From NCBI RefSeq assembly GCF_009914755.1, contig NC_060940.1: a stretch of DNA of 64,000 bases; one strand, 5' to 3'. Position 1 is the stretch's first letter; the number at the start of each line of letters is the position of its first letter. Below the pieces are notes generated by a model. The model did no database searches. It worked only from the letters and a program-made list of their open reading frames with translations, and was not told the origin of the DNA. Position numbers and translations under genes: made by a program. This document shows positions 1 through 24,130 of the stretch, piece after piece. Source of the DNA: the human T2T-CHM13v2.0 reference genome, Homo sapiens.

Positions 1-59
1 CAATGAGATAGGTTATGTCGTTGTTGGTTTTTTTTTCTCTCATTCTAAACCTTCAAACT

Positions 60-162
60 CTGGCATGCTTTCCTCTAAGGCACATCTCAACTTGCACAGG
101 CCACATGTCAAGGGCTCCAGAGCCACCTGCTGCTGGGGGCCAGTTCCTCAGACAGCGCAGTC
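60..162. mobile_element. Degenerate hAT-Charlie DNA transposon fragment (MER3/MER33-like)
   Basis: ggcacatctcaacttgcacaggccacatgtcaagggctccagagccac...gacagcgcag resembles the recalled MER3-type consensus; boundaries approximate. Confidence 0.45.
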
Positions 163-192
163 CTACATCTGACTACAAGCTTAAATGTGGCT

Positions 193-1161
193 GGGGAGAG
201 AGGGAGAGGGAGAGGGAGAGGGAGAAGGAGAGGGAGAGGGAGAAGGAGAGGGAGAGGGAGAAGGAGAGGGAGAGGGAGAAGGAGAAAGAGAGGGAGAAGG
301 AGGGAGAGGGAGAAGGAGAGGGAGAGGGAGAAGGAGAGGGAGAAGGAGAGGGAGAGGGAGAAGGAGAGGGAGAAGGAGAGGGAGAGGGAGAAGGAGAGGG
401 AGAAGGAGAGGGAGAGGGAGAAGGAGAGGGAGAGGGAGAAGGAGAGGGAGAGGGAGAAGGAGAGGGAGAGGGAGAAGGAGAGGGAGAGGGAGAAGGAGAG
501 GGAGAGGGAGAAGGAGAGGGAGAAGGAGAGGGAGAGGGAGAAGGAGAGGGAGAGGGAGAAGGAGAGGGAGAGGGAGAAGGAGAAGGAGAGGGAGAAGGAG
601 AGGGAGAGGGAGAAGGAGAGGGAGAGGGAGAAGGAGAGGGAGAAGGAGAGGGAGAGGGAGAAGGAGAGGGAGAAGGAGAGGGAGAGGGAGAAGGAGAGGG
701 AGAGGGAGAAGGAGAGGGAGAAGGAGAGGGAGAGGGAGAAGGAGAGGGAGAAGGAGAGGGAGAGGGAGAAGGAGAGGGAGAGGGAGAAGGAGAGGGAGAA
801 GGAGAGGGAGAGGGAGAAGGAGAGGGAGAAGGAGAGGGAGAGGGAGAAGGAGAGGGAGAGGGAGAAGGAGAGGGAGAGGGAGAAGGAGAGGGAGAGGGAG
901 AAGGAGAGGGAGAGGGAGAAGGAGAGGGAGAGGGAGAAGGAGAGGGAGAAGGAGAGGGAGAGGGAGAAGGAGAGGGAGAGGGAGAAGGAGAGGGAGAGGG
1001 AGAAGGAGAAGGAGAGGGAGAAGGAGAGGGAGAGGGAGAAGGAGAGGGAGAGGGAGAAGGAGAGGGAGAGGGAGAAGGAGAGGGAGAGGGAGAAGGAGAG
1101 GGAGAAGGAGAGGGAGAGGGAGAAGGAGGGAGAGAGAGGGAGAGAGAGGGAGAGAGAGAGA
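193..1161. repeat. (GGAGAG/GGAGAA)n polypurine satellite, 969 nt with no pyrimidine on the + strand
   Basis: Read directly; built from 12- and 18-nt units. Confidence 0.98.
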
Positions 1162-1164
1162 CAG

Positions 1165-1380
1165 AGAGAGAGATTATAAGGAATTGGCTCACGCAGATGG
1201 AGGCTAACAGGTCCCCAAGTATGCAGGGTGAGTTGGCAAACTGGAGACCCAGCAGAGCTGATGGTGTGGTTCTAATCCGGAGGCTAGCAGGCAGGAGGCC
1301 CAGGAAGAGCGGGTGTTTTCATGGGATTCTGAAGGCACAAAATAGCTGGTGTGCCATCTGGCTGAGGCAAGTAGGCTGAC
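1165..1380. mobile_element. MLT2-like (ERVL) LTR fragment
   Basis: gagagagattataaggaattggctcacgcagatggaggct...ctggagacccagcagagctgatggtgtggttc is typical MLT2 sequence following its internal GA tract. Confidence 0.6.
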
Positions 1381-1699
1381 ATGTTTCCCCTGTTGGTGGT
1401 GGGGATGACACATGCAGAGAGAGGACAGGCTTAACCCCTTAAGCAGGGGAAATGCCTGATGAACATGGGTGTTTTAGGGGAATCAACACAGTTCTGTACA
1501 GATATGCAAGCGGGGACAGGGAACAGGTAGCTCTCCTGGGCCTGGTCTATGTTGGACCTGATGGTGGCAGCTGGCAGGAGATGAAACAAAACAACAGTGA
1601 GACTTTGTACTTCAGGTGAAAGGGTAGTGGCGAGGTCCTGCCTGGTAGAAACCATGAGGTCTTCTGACCCTTTTTGTTTACCCTTAAGAAATCACAGCG

Positions 1700-3830
<2,131 letters not shown>

Positions 3831-3865
3831 CTAGGATTACAGGTGTGACCCACCATGCCTGACCA

Positions 3866-4500
3866 ATGGCATTAATTACATTGACAATGTATGCAATAAT
3901 CACCATTATCTGTTTCCAAAACGTTTTCGTTTCAAACAAATTCTGTAACCATTAAGCAATAACTCCCCACATCCCCTTCCCCAGCTGTTAATAACCTTTA
4001 ATCTACTTCCTGTCTCTATGGATTTGCCTACTCTAGACATTTCATCTAAGTAGAATAATACATTATGTGTTCTTTTGTATCTGGCTTCTTTCACTTAGCA
4101 TAATGTCTCAGGGTTCATCCACATTGTAGTGTGTGTCAGTGCTTCATTCCTTTTTTATGGATGAATGATATTCCATCATAAGGATCTACCACATTTTGTT
4201 TATCTATTCATCTGTTGATGGATACTTGTGTTATTTTCACATTTTGGCCATTGTGACTAATGTACAATAATTGTTGTACAAATATCTGTTTGAGTCCCTG
4301 TTTTCAATTCTTTTGGGTACAAACCTAGGAATGGAATTGCTGGATTGTATGGTAATTGTATGTTTAGCTCCTGGGGGAACAACCCAACTGTTTTCCCCAG
4401 CAGCTGCATCATTTTACCTTCTCACCAGCAATGTAGAGCTCTAGTTTCTCTACATCCTTGCCAACACTTGTCATTTTTGTCTGCTTGTTTAATTATTGCC
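3866..4500 (-). mobile_element. Old L1 (L1M-type) 3' fragment
   Basis: Antisense L1 3' motifs (tatctattcatctgttgatggatacttg, aatggaattgctggattgtatggtaatt). Confidence 0.75.
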
Positions 4501-4697
4501 AAATACGTGGAGGAAAAGGGGAATTCCTATCCTCCTCCATTTAGTCCTGGTGACAATGTCCATCACTGGATTCCCGCATGGAATGGATTGAGCTGATGAT
4601 CCAGAATGATGAGAGTACTCTGTTCTTCCATGCAGAATGGTTTGTTCAGGTTTGGACACATGACCCACGAAGGGATGATCACAACCTTACCTGGAGT

Positions 4698-5130
4698 TGA
4701 GGTAGGAAGCAGGGCTCGGACACTGGACCAAATTGAGGATTAGCTAAAAGAGATGGGGCGGAAGCAGCTTTCCATAAGACATACCCACCAGTGACACCCA
4801 GGCGTCACTGCCCCTTTCCATGGCAATGACTCAGTGACCCAAACGTTACTACCCCTTCCCTAGAAATTTCTGCATAAACTGCACCTTATTCTACATGTAC
4901 TTAAAAATGGGTATAAATATGGCTGCAAAACTCCCTAGAGCTGTTACTCTCAGCACACTGCCTATGGGGGAGCCCTCCTCTGCAGGAGCAGTCAGGCAGC
5001 TGTAACACTGCCTGCTGCTTTAGTAAAGCTGTTTTCTTCTACCACTGGCTCGCCCTTGTATTCTTTCCTGGGCAAAGCCAAGAACCCTTGCAGACTAGGC
5101 CTCACTTTGGGGCTCGCTTGTCCTGCATCA
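4698..5130 (+). mobile_element. ERV1-type solo LTR (MER66-like)
   Basis: Begins TGAGGTAGGA and ends CTGCATCA; contains TATAAA near 4912 and an AGTAAA poly(A)-like signal. Confidence 0.6.
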
Positions 5131-5651
5131 GTACAATGTTATTAATAAATAAACATTGGTAGAGGGAAGTTTCATGTGCCCTGTGGCTGCTAGTCTGGAA
5201 GGATGTGAATTTGGAGCCACTGTTGGACATCTTGCTGCCACATGAGGAGAGGTAATCTGCAGAATGAAGCTGAGCAGAAGCCAATGCAGTAGTGAGATAG
5301 AGAAATACAGGGTCTTGATGTTATCATTCAGCTCCCTGAATTTGGTCTGGCCTGAAACACAAAGGCTTTGCAAGAAGACACCTTGGATTTTGTAATGACA
5401 TTAACCTGTCATTTCTCCCTAGGCTGATATGAGTTGGTTTTCTATCGCTTGCAAATAATGTCTTTGCTAATTCAGTGTCCATTCTCCTCCTCCTCCCCAG
5501 ATCTTTCGTAATTAGCTTTATGGGTTGTTTGTTGTTCTTGTTGTTTGTTTGTTTTTAAGACGAATTCTCGCTCTGTTGCCCAGCCTGGTGGGCATGGTAG
5601 TGCACGCCTGTAGTACCTTGCCTGGGCAACAAGAATGAAATTCCATCTCAA

Positions 5652-5698
<47 letters not shown>
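5652..5698. repeat. (AAT)n microsatellite derived from an Alu tail
   Basis: Read directly. Confidence 0.9.
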
Positions 5699-5701
<3 letters not shown>

Positions 5702-6149
5702 TTTAATATCTTCAGCCTTCACCTAGTGGACATGGTCTTAGCCCAGTGCATTGATGAGGTTAAGAGTCACGAGATATTTAACATAAATTACCTAGTTTAG
5801 TTATTACAACCCTACAAGGTGAATATTATTTCTCCACTCTATAGATGATGGGAGCTGGTGATTCAGTGGAGGTTACTAGCTTTTCTAAGGCTATACAACT
5901 GGTAATGGTGGATCTGGAAATTGAGTGCTGGTCTGTGAAAATCCAAAGGTTATCTTCTTAATCCCAGTACAGCTTCACAGGTATCTCCCAACAAGATCAG
6001 CATCCCAGCTGGGTGGGGGATAAAATACAGGGTCGTGAGTTTCCTCTAGCAGAAGGATTGTTGCCAATGATTACCCCTTAGATTGCATCACTTTCAGTGT
6101 TGCCAAGTGCTGAGGCAGGAATTATGTATGACAAAGCTTTATCGTCAGT

Positions 6150-6330
6150 GTCGGACACAAAAGAGCCAAGGAGGGGAAGGGACAATTACTCTCTGCTTTT
6201 CTCAATGAGGCTCTCAGGGAATATGACCCTAGTGGCCATGGAGGCTCCTGTGAAGAGCTTGCCCTGTGATTCTTCCAAACATCCTTCCTGCATCAAGGGC
6301 TGAGTCTGTGCAGCCCAGCTCCTGATTCAT
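6150..6330 (+). promoter_or_regulatory. Putative OR1F1 promoter with homeodomain (Lhx2-type) and O/E (EBF) motifs
   Basis: CAATTA 6183-6188, CAATGA 6203-6208, CTCTCAGGGA 6211-6220; homologous to the block upstream of OR1F2P. Confidence 0.6.
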
Positions 6331-6474
6331 GAGATACTCAGCCTCAAAGCTCCAGTGACGAGTCACCCTCCCTCAGACCAATAACCTCTGGCCAGGTCTG
6401 AAAAAGGGAAGCCAACCCAGGACTTCAGGAGACAGTGAGGACTGCTGCTCTTTCTGGGTAAGAGTCAGATCATT

Positions 6475-6770
<296 letters not shown>

Positions 6771-7237
6771 AGTCACATCAGTGGGACTTCACTGATAACT
6801 GCTTGTCAGGACTTAAAGCCTCAGAGGGACCCTCCTTCCTTTCAATTATGTGGAGCCAGAAAAACAGTCCTGAGCTCAGCAGCAGTCCCTTGCAATCACC
6901 CAGTCAGGACCAGCCTCTGTCCCGTCTGTCTGACATCCTGAACTGTGGGGAACACAAACTGACTGAGTTTCTGCCCAGACCTCTGGGTTGTTCCATTTTA
7001 ATTTTACAAATTGGACTCAGGGTGCTCCGTGGATATAGCCAAGAAGGCCTGGCTCAGACTTCTGTAAACCTGAGCCCTGAACATAGCAGTAGCAGCCCCA
7101 GCAGGGTTGACAATATTATCATTTACATCCTGCAAGCAAAATTCTACTGCCATTCCTGTGCCCCATCTTAACCAGCATTTTCCAAGCTTTTGCATTTCGT
7201 CTTCTTTGTCTGCCTCTGTGTCCAGGATCCCAGGCCC

Positions 7238-8176
7238 ATGAGCGGGACAAACCAGTCGAGTGTCTCCGAGTTCCTCCTCCTGGGACTCTCCAGGCAGCCC
7301 CAGCAGCAGCATCTCCTCTTTGTGTTCTTCCTCAGCATGTACCTGGCCACTGTCCTGGGGAACCTGCTCATCATCCTGTCCGTAAGCATAGACTCCTGCC
7401 TGCACACCCCCATGTACTTCTTCCTCAGCAACCTGTCTTTTGTGGACATCTGCTTCTCCTTCACCACCGTCCCCAAGATGCTGGCCAATCACATACTCGA
7501 GACTCAGACCATCTCCTTCTGTGGCTGTCTCACACAGATGTATTTCGTTTTCATGTTCGTGGACATGGACAATTTCCTCCTAGCTGTGATGGCCTATGAC
7601 CACTTTGTCGCCGTGTGCCACCCCTTACATTACACAGCAAAGATGACCCATCAGCTCTGTGCCCTGCTGGTTGCTGGATTATGGGTGGTTGCCAACCTGA
7701 ATGTCCTTCTGCACACCCTGCTGATGGCTCCACTCTCATTCTGTGCAGACAATGCCATCACTCACTTCTTCTGCGATGTGACTCCCCTACTGAAACTCTC
7801 CTGCTCAGACACACACCTCAATGAGGTCATAATCCTTAGTGAGGGTGCCCTGGTCATGATCACCCCATTTCTTTGCATCCTGGCTTCTTATATGCACATC
7901 ACCTGCACTGTCCTGAAGGTCCCATCCACAAAGGGAAGGTGGAAAGCCTTCTCCACCTGTGGTTCTCACCTGGCTGTGGTTCTCCTCTTCTACAGCACCA
8001 TCATTGCTGTGTATTTTAACCCTCTGTCCTCCCACTCAGCTGAGAAAGACACTATGGCTACTGTGTTGTATACAGTAGTGACTCCCATGCTAAACCCTTT
8101 CATCTACAGCCTGAGGAACAGGTACTTGAAAGGGGCTCTGAAAAAAGTAGTTGGCAGGGTGGTGTTTTCTGTCTGA
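7238..8176 (+). CDS. OR1F1: Olfactory receptor 1F1 (312 aa, 7TM GPCR)
   Basis: ATG at 7238 (MSGTNQSS, N-glycosylation sequon); OR motifs LHTPMYFFL, MAYDHFVAVC, KAFSTCGSHL, PMLNPFIYSLRN; polypyrimidine/AG acceptor just upstream at 7224-7225. Confidence 0.96.
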   Translation: MSGTNQSSVSEFLLLGLSRQPQQQHLLFVFFLSMYLATVLGNLLIILSVSIDSCLHTPMYFFLSNLSFVDICFSFTTVPKMLANHILETQTISFCGCLTQMYFVFMFVDMDNFLLAVMAYDHFVAVCHPLHYTAKMTHQLCALLVAGLWVVANLNVLLHTLLMAPLSFCADNAITHFFCDVTPLLKLSCSDTHLNEVIILSEGALVMITPFLCILASYMHITCTVLKVPSTKGRWKAFSTCGSHLAVVLLFYSTIIAVYFNPLSSHSAEKDTMATVLYTVVTPMLNPFIYSLRNRYLKGALKKVVGRVVFSV

Positions 8177-8316
8177 TGAAATAATCAAGACTGAATCTCA
8201 TTCCCAAGGAAATTTATTTTTCACCAATTGAGTTTAATGCAGTAGTTGTTTCATTAAATGATGTTCTTGCTAGTGACACACTTAGTAATTATACTAAGTT
8301 AAACTATTAATTATAA

Positions 8317-8430
<114 letters not shown>

Positions 8431-8525
8431 TGAGTAGCTGGGACCACAGGTGTGTGCCACATGCCTAGCTAAATTTTTTTTTTTTTTTTTGAGACGGAGT
8501 CTCTCTATGTCGCCAGGCTGGATGC

Positions 8526-10154
<1,629 letters not shown>

Positions 10155-10155
<1 letters not shown>

Positions 10156-10295
10156 GGAGGGGAAGGGAGGGGAGGGGAGGGGAGGGGAGGAGAGGGGAGG
10201 GGAGGGAAATGGAGGAGAGGGGAGGGGAGGGAAATGGAGGAGGGGGAGGGGAGGGGAGGGGAGGAGAGGGGAGGGGAGGGGAGGGGAGGGGAGGG
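10155..10295. repeat. (GGGGA)n purine repeat with G-quadruplex/triplex potential
   Basis: Read directly. Confidence 0.9.
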
Positions 10296-11038
10296 AAGAA
10301 AGAAAGAGCGGAGTGAAATGTGAGTACCACAACGAGTAACAAGCATTTCAGATGAACCTGGGGCCCTGGTCCGCTTGCAGCCCAGGCGGTGCAGAGGTGA
10401 AGCGACGCTGAACCTTGGGAACCGGCTAGGAGCACCCTGATTGGCTGCCTGACTTAGGGGGCAGGGTCAGCCAGAGCCAGGTCTTTGACATCAGGGAAAC
10501 AAATCGACATTTGGTCTTCCCTCCATCCAGACCAACTGCCTCTGTCTCTCCTCTCAAGTCAGCTCCCACCCACACCTTCAAGAACCAAGTCAATGCCACC
10601 TCCTCCTCCGTGAAGCCTCCGGATTCACGCTTCCGGCTCTCAGAGCTCTGTTTTTCTTTGGTTTATCATTCCCTCTCCACAAGGGCTTTCCGCAGACTAC
10701 GAGACCTACAGACCCGAATACACACATGACTCACTTTGTATCTCGGTGTCCAGCACTGCTGCTAGACCAAAGGTGATCATCAACTTTAACTGAAAGGAAA
10801 AAATATAGGTGAATGCATATGCATATTGCCATACATTTTAATTTGGAGAATGTTACTTTAGAATAAGAAAGAAATAGCAGAGGGAAATGTGAGTACTACA
10901 GCAAGTAACAAGCATTTCAGATGAACCTTGGGCCCTGGCCCGCTTGTAGCCCAGGTGGTGCAGAGGTGAAGCAACGCTGAACTGTGGGAACTGGCCAGGA
11001 GCACCCTGATTGGCTGCCTGACTTAGGGGGCGGGGTCA
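10296..11038. repeat. Direct duplication of about 174 bp (10296-10469 and 10865-11038)
   Basis: Aligned by eye; both copies end in CTGATTGGCTGCCTGACTTAGGGGGC(A/G)GGGTCA. Confidence 0.9.
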
Positions 11039-11164
11039 AATGACAAAAAATCATTTTGTTATTTGAAAGCTAGTGTCTACGTATGCATTATGGTACACCA
11101 TAAACCATAAAGAAGAAAATTAAAGTAACCTGTATCCTTGCAGCTCAAAGGTAATCGCAGTTAG

Positions 11165-13852
<2,688 letters not shown>

Positions 13853-14111
13853 GAAGGCCTGGAGGCTGGTGAATGTTATCCATTCATTATAAATTATATT
13901 AAATACCTTCTAGAAATAGAATGATCTTTGTCCTCTTCAATTCTTGTTTCTGCTTAAAGCATACTTTGGTTAATACTAATATTACTCATTCTGCTTTCTT
14001 GTGTTTGCTCATTCTCTCAGACTTTCTGAAATAGTTGACTTGGATGAAGGGCTCCTTCCCTCTGTATCAAGATCTTCCTTTTCAAAGCTTTCAGTATGTG
14101 AGAAAAAATTA

Positions 14112-14790
<679 letters not shown>

Positions 14791-15647
14791 GTGATTCTGT
14801 TTTTCAGTTTGTCTTTTGTCTATCTCACACACTTTTGTCTCTGCTCTTCCACGTATATTTTTATCTACTAATTTTCACCTTTGAATGTCCCTCTTTTGAA
14901 GATGGGTGAGTGGGGCTTCCAGTTTTGTAAGGGATACTTGCGTTATGTTAGGATCCAGCCTAACATTTTCAGGAGGGTGTGTTTTGGGGAAGAGGTGTGC
15001 GTATTAATACCACAAGCCAGAGGATGACTCTAGTGGACATTTGTCAGACTTTGTGACTTCCAAGCATCTGGGCCCACTTCCAAAGTTTGTAGAGTCCCCT
15101 AATTTATGGATGTTGTTGGGAAGAGAGCCCACCTCCCACTATAGAAATAAGTACACCAGAAACTTGCTTCTGAGTGTCTCTTTCAGCTAGAATGAGAGCA
15201 AGTGACAGGCTCTCTGCCCATCAGATATATCTGCCCTGCATTTGACACAGAGAAGGGGAGACAAGGAGGAACTTGCTCTGTCAGTTTGTAGGCAGCCATT
15301 GTAGGGACATGGATTCCTGGAGCGTGACGACAGTAATGCTAGGGGTAGCAGCGAATGTCTGTGAGAAGTACATCAGAAATGCAAGCTGCAGCATCTAGTG
15401 CTTGGTGGCAGCAGCACTGGTGTCCTCACTAGCTGGCTTGGAGTCATGATTTGGGGCACTGTTAACAGATGAATTTTTGTTGTTGTTGTAGTTTTGTTTT
15501 GTTTTGTTTTTGTTTTTGTAGAAACGGGGTCTCGCTGTGTTGCCCAGGGTGATGTTGAACTCCTGGCCTCAAGCAATCCTCCTGTCTTGGCCTCCCAAAG
15601 CGCTGGGACTTCAGGCATGAGACACCACACTCAGCCATAGACTCGTT

Positions 15648-15970
15648 TGTTAGTTCTCCTAAGAAACAGAGCCAACAAAATATATTGCTAAAGGGTGGGT
15701 GGGGTGGGTGGGAAGGTAAGATTTTAAACTCTAAGGAATTGGCACATGTGATTGTGGAGGCTTGGCAAGTTCAAAGTATGCAGGGTGGACCAGAAGGCTG
15801 TAGACCTAGCGAAGAGCTGATGTTGTTGCAGCTTGAGTCCAAAGGCAGTGGGTTGACTTTTTCTATTGTGGCCTTCAACTGATTGGATAAGGCCCACCCA
15901 CATTATGGAGGCTAATCTGGTGTACTCAAGTTCTATTGATTTAAATGTTAATCTCATCTTAAAAATACTC
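15648..15970. mobile_element. MLT2-like LTR fragment
   Basis: taaggaattggcacatgtgattgtggaggc...ccttcaactgattggataaggcccacccacattatggagg. Confidence 0.65.
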
Positions 15971-15974
15971 CCCA

Positions 15975-16098
15975 AAAAGAAAAATAAGAAAGAAAGAAAG
16001 AAAGAAGGAAAGAAAGAGGAAAGAAAAGAGAAAGAAAGAAAGAGAGAGAAAGAAAGAAAGAAAGAGGAAAGAAAAGAAAGAGAAAGAAAGAGAGAGAG

Positions 16099-16157
<59 letters not shown>

Positions 16158-16186
16158 AAAGAAAAGAAAAGAAAGAGAAGAAAGAG
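15975..16186. repeat. (GAAA)n compound microsatellite
   Basis: Read directly. Confidence 0.92.
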
Positions 16187-17418
<1,232 letters not shown>

Positions 17419-17774
17419 CAAACATTTTCACGAATTAAGCCCATCTCAGTAATGTGCTCGTAACATTCCCTCCTGTAAAATGGAAAACACGAAGCATCAC
17501 TAATGTCTTAAGATGACCAGGCAGAGGAAAGCAAGGGCTACACAGAAAACACGGAAGAGCCCCATATCTCAACAAAGGAAGTGATACTGCAAAGGATTTC
17601 ATGACAGAATTTCCACACCTGTGGGCACAGGAGCAGATCACAAGGTGAGGAGGTTTGTGGTTCCAAGGAATCTTGTCTGCGATTTATCTGTATCAGGATG
17701 GCTTCATTTCTAATATCTACAAGTTTTGGTCCAAGAGTTTTATCTAAACGTTAGATAATATTGAATGTCGTCGT

Positions 17775-17960
17775 TGTTTGGTCCAAAGGGGCCAAAATTA
17801 GGTGGGACAATTATGTTCTTCTTGTCCCTAATGAGGCTCTCAGGGAATCTGGTCCCAGTGGCCAAAGGAGGTTCCTACAAATGCCTGCTCTGTGATTGCC
17901 CCAAACATTTACTTACACAGAGGACTAAGACCATGAGCCCCTACTCCTCACACACTCAGG
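17775..17960 (+). promoter_or_regulatory. Putative OR1F2P promoter with homeodomain and O/E motifs
   Basis: CAATTA 17808-17813, TAATGA 17829-17834, CTCTCAGGGA 17837-17846; paralogous to the OR1F1 upstream block. Confidence 0.6.
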
Positions 17961-18278
17961 ACCCGCCTGTGTTTCCAAGACATTCCAACTCCCACAGTAA
18001 GTAGAAGCATTGACCAGTTATGTAGAAATGAGGAACAACTGAGAGTGACAGCACCAACCTTCTCCAGGAAAGGTCGCAGAGGTGAACAATTAAGTATGTG
18101 TTGGCTCAGATGTGAAGTTCTTTTAGGAATCTTCTTTGCTACATCATCCAGATACAGGAAGTAATGAGTAATGTACAGAGAAGTGAAGTACAGGAGTCCT
18201 GAATCCATCAGTTGTCACTTGAGATTAACCCAGTAATCATCAGTCATTCCTCCAGTCTCTTTATGAGCTGCTAACTAG

Positions 18279-18521
<243 letters not shown>

Positions 18522-18721
18522 TAAGAATCAGTGAGTCCTCTAGGAAAAGCATCGTAACTGAGTGTTGGAAATTGGACGTATGGGTGAGGAGACCACATCC
18601 TGTTTTTGCAAGTTTGTGAATTGATTTGCAAACGTGGTTCTTCCTGGAGCCTCATCACATCTTAACCACCCATGTGTATGTTTCTGAATTCACTGTCTTC
18701 TATGCAGCTGGGTCCAGACAT

Positions 18722-19659
18722 ATGAGAGGGACAAACCAGTGAGTGTCTCCGAGTTCCTCCTCTTGGGACTCTCCAGGCAGCCCCAGCAGCAGCATCTCCT
18801 CTTTGTGTTCTTCCTCAGCATGTACCTGGCCACTGTCCTGGGGAACCTGCTCATCATCCTGGCCATAAGCATAGACTCCCGCCTGCACACCCCCATGTAC
18901 TTCTTCCTCAGCAACATGTCCTTTGTGGACAACTGCTTCTCCACCACCGTCCCCAAGATGCTGGCCAATCACATACTCAGGACTCAAACCATCTCCTTCT
19001 CTGGCTGTCTCATGCAGATGTATTTTATCAGTGAGCTTGCTGACATGGACAATTTCCTCCTGGCTGTGATGGCCTATGACCGCTTTGTCGCCGTGTGCCG
19101 CCCCTTACATTACACAGCAAAGATGACCCATCAGCTCTGTGCCCTGCTGGTCACTGGATCATGGGTGGTTGCCAACTCGAATGCTCTGCTGCACACCCTG
19201 CTGATGGCTCGACTCTCATTCTGTGCAGACAACACCATCCCCCACATCTTCTGCGATGTGACTCCCCTCCTGAAACTCTCCTGTTCAGACACACACCTCA
19301 GTGAAGTGATGATTCTTACTGAGGCTGCCCTAGTCACGATCACCCCATTTCTTTGCCTCCTGGCTTCCTATATGCACATCACCTGCGTTGTCCTGAGGGT
19401 CCCATCCACAAAGGGAAGATGGAAAGCCTTCTCCACCTGTGGCTCCCACCTGGCTGTGGTTCTCCTCTTCTATGGCACCATCATGTCTCCATATTTCAGA
19501 ACTTCATCCTCCCACTCAGCTCAGAGAGATATAGCAGCTGCTGTGAGGTTCACAGTGGTGACTCCCGTGATGAATCCTTTGATCTACAGCCTGAGGAACA
19601 AGGACATAAAAGGGGCTCTTGTAAAAGTGGTTGCTGTGAAATTTTTTTCTGTTCAATAA
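18722..19659 (+). pseudogene. OR1F2P: Olfactory receptor pseudogene 1F2
   Basis: ATG 18722 reads MRGTNQ then TGA (18740-18742) because of a 1-bp deletion relative to OR1F1 (TCG AGT to TG AGT); the rest is an uninterrupted 7TM frame to TAA 19659, with one in-frame codon missing in TM2. Confidence 0.92.
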
Positions 19660-19739
19660 TGGTATAGGCTTAAGAAAGTCCTAGAAGGAGCTAATTTCTG
19701 AGATAATCGTTTATTTTTTCTACTGTGTGAAACTTAGCA

Positions 19740-24130
<4,391 letters not shown>

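Noticed and set aside
15-1379. 454-aa poly-(GE) ORF resembling RPGR ORF15, plus the overlapping poly-SP, poly-RG and poly-ERE ORFs
   Set aside because: A purine-only hexamer repeat has no stop codon in any frame; the flanks are transposon-derived and there is no domain or splice evidence
6025-6045. CAGGGTCGTGAGTT, resembling part of a tRNA-Lys
   Set aside because: No A-box, T-loop GTTCRA or cloverleaf stems; I saw no tRNA gene in the window
7190-7237. 16-aa N-terminal extension of OR1F1 in the ORF track
   Set aside because: It starts at a TTG within the polypyrimidine tract of the splice acceptor; the true start is ATG 7238
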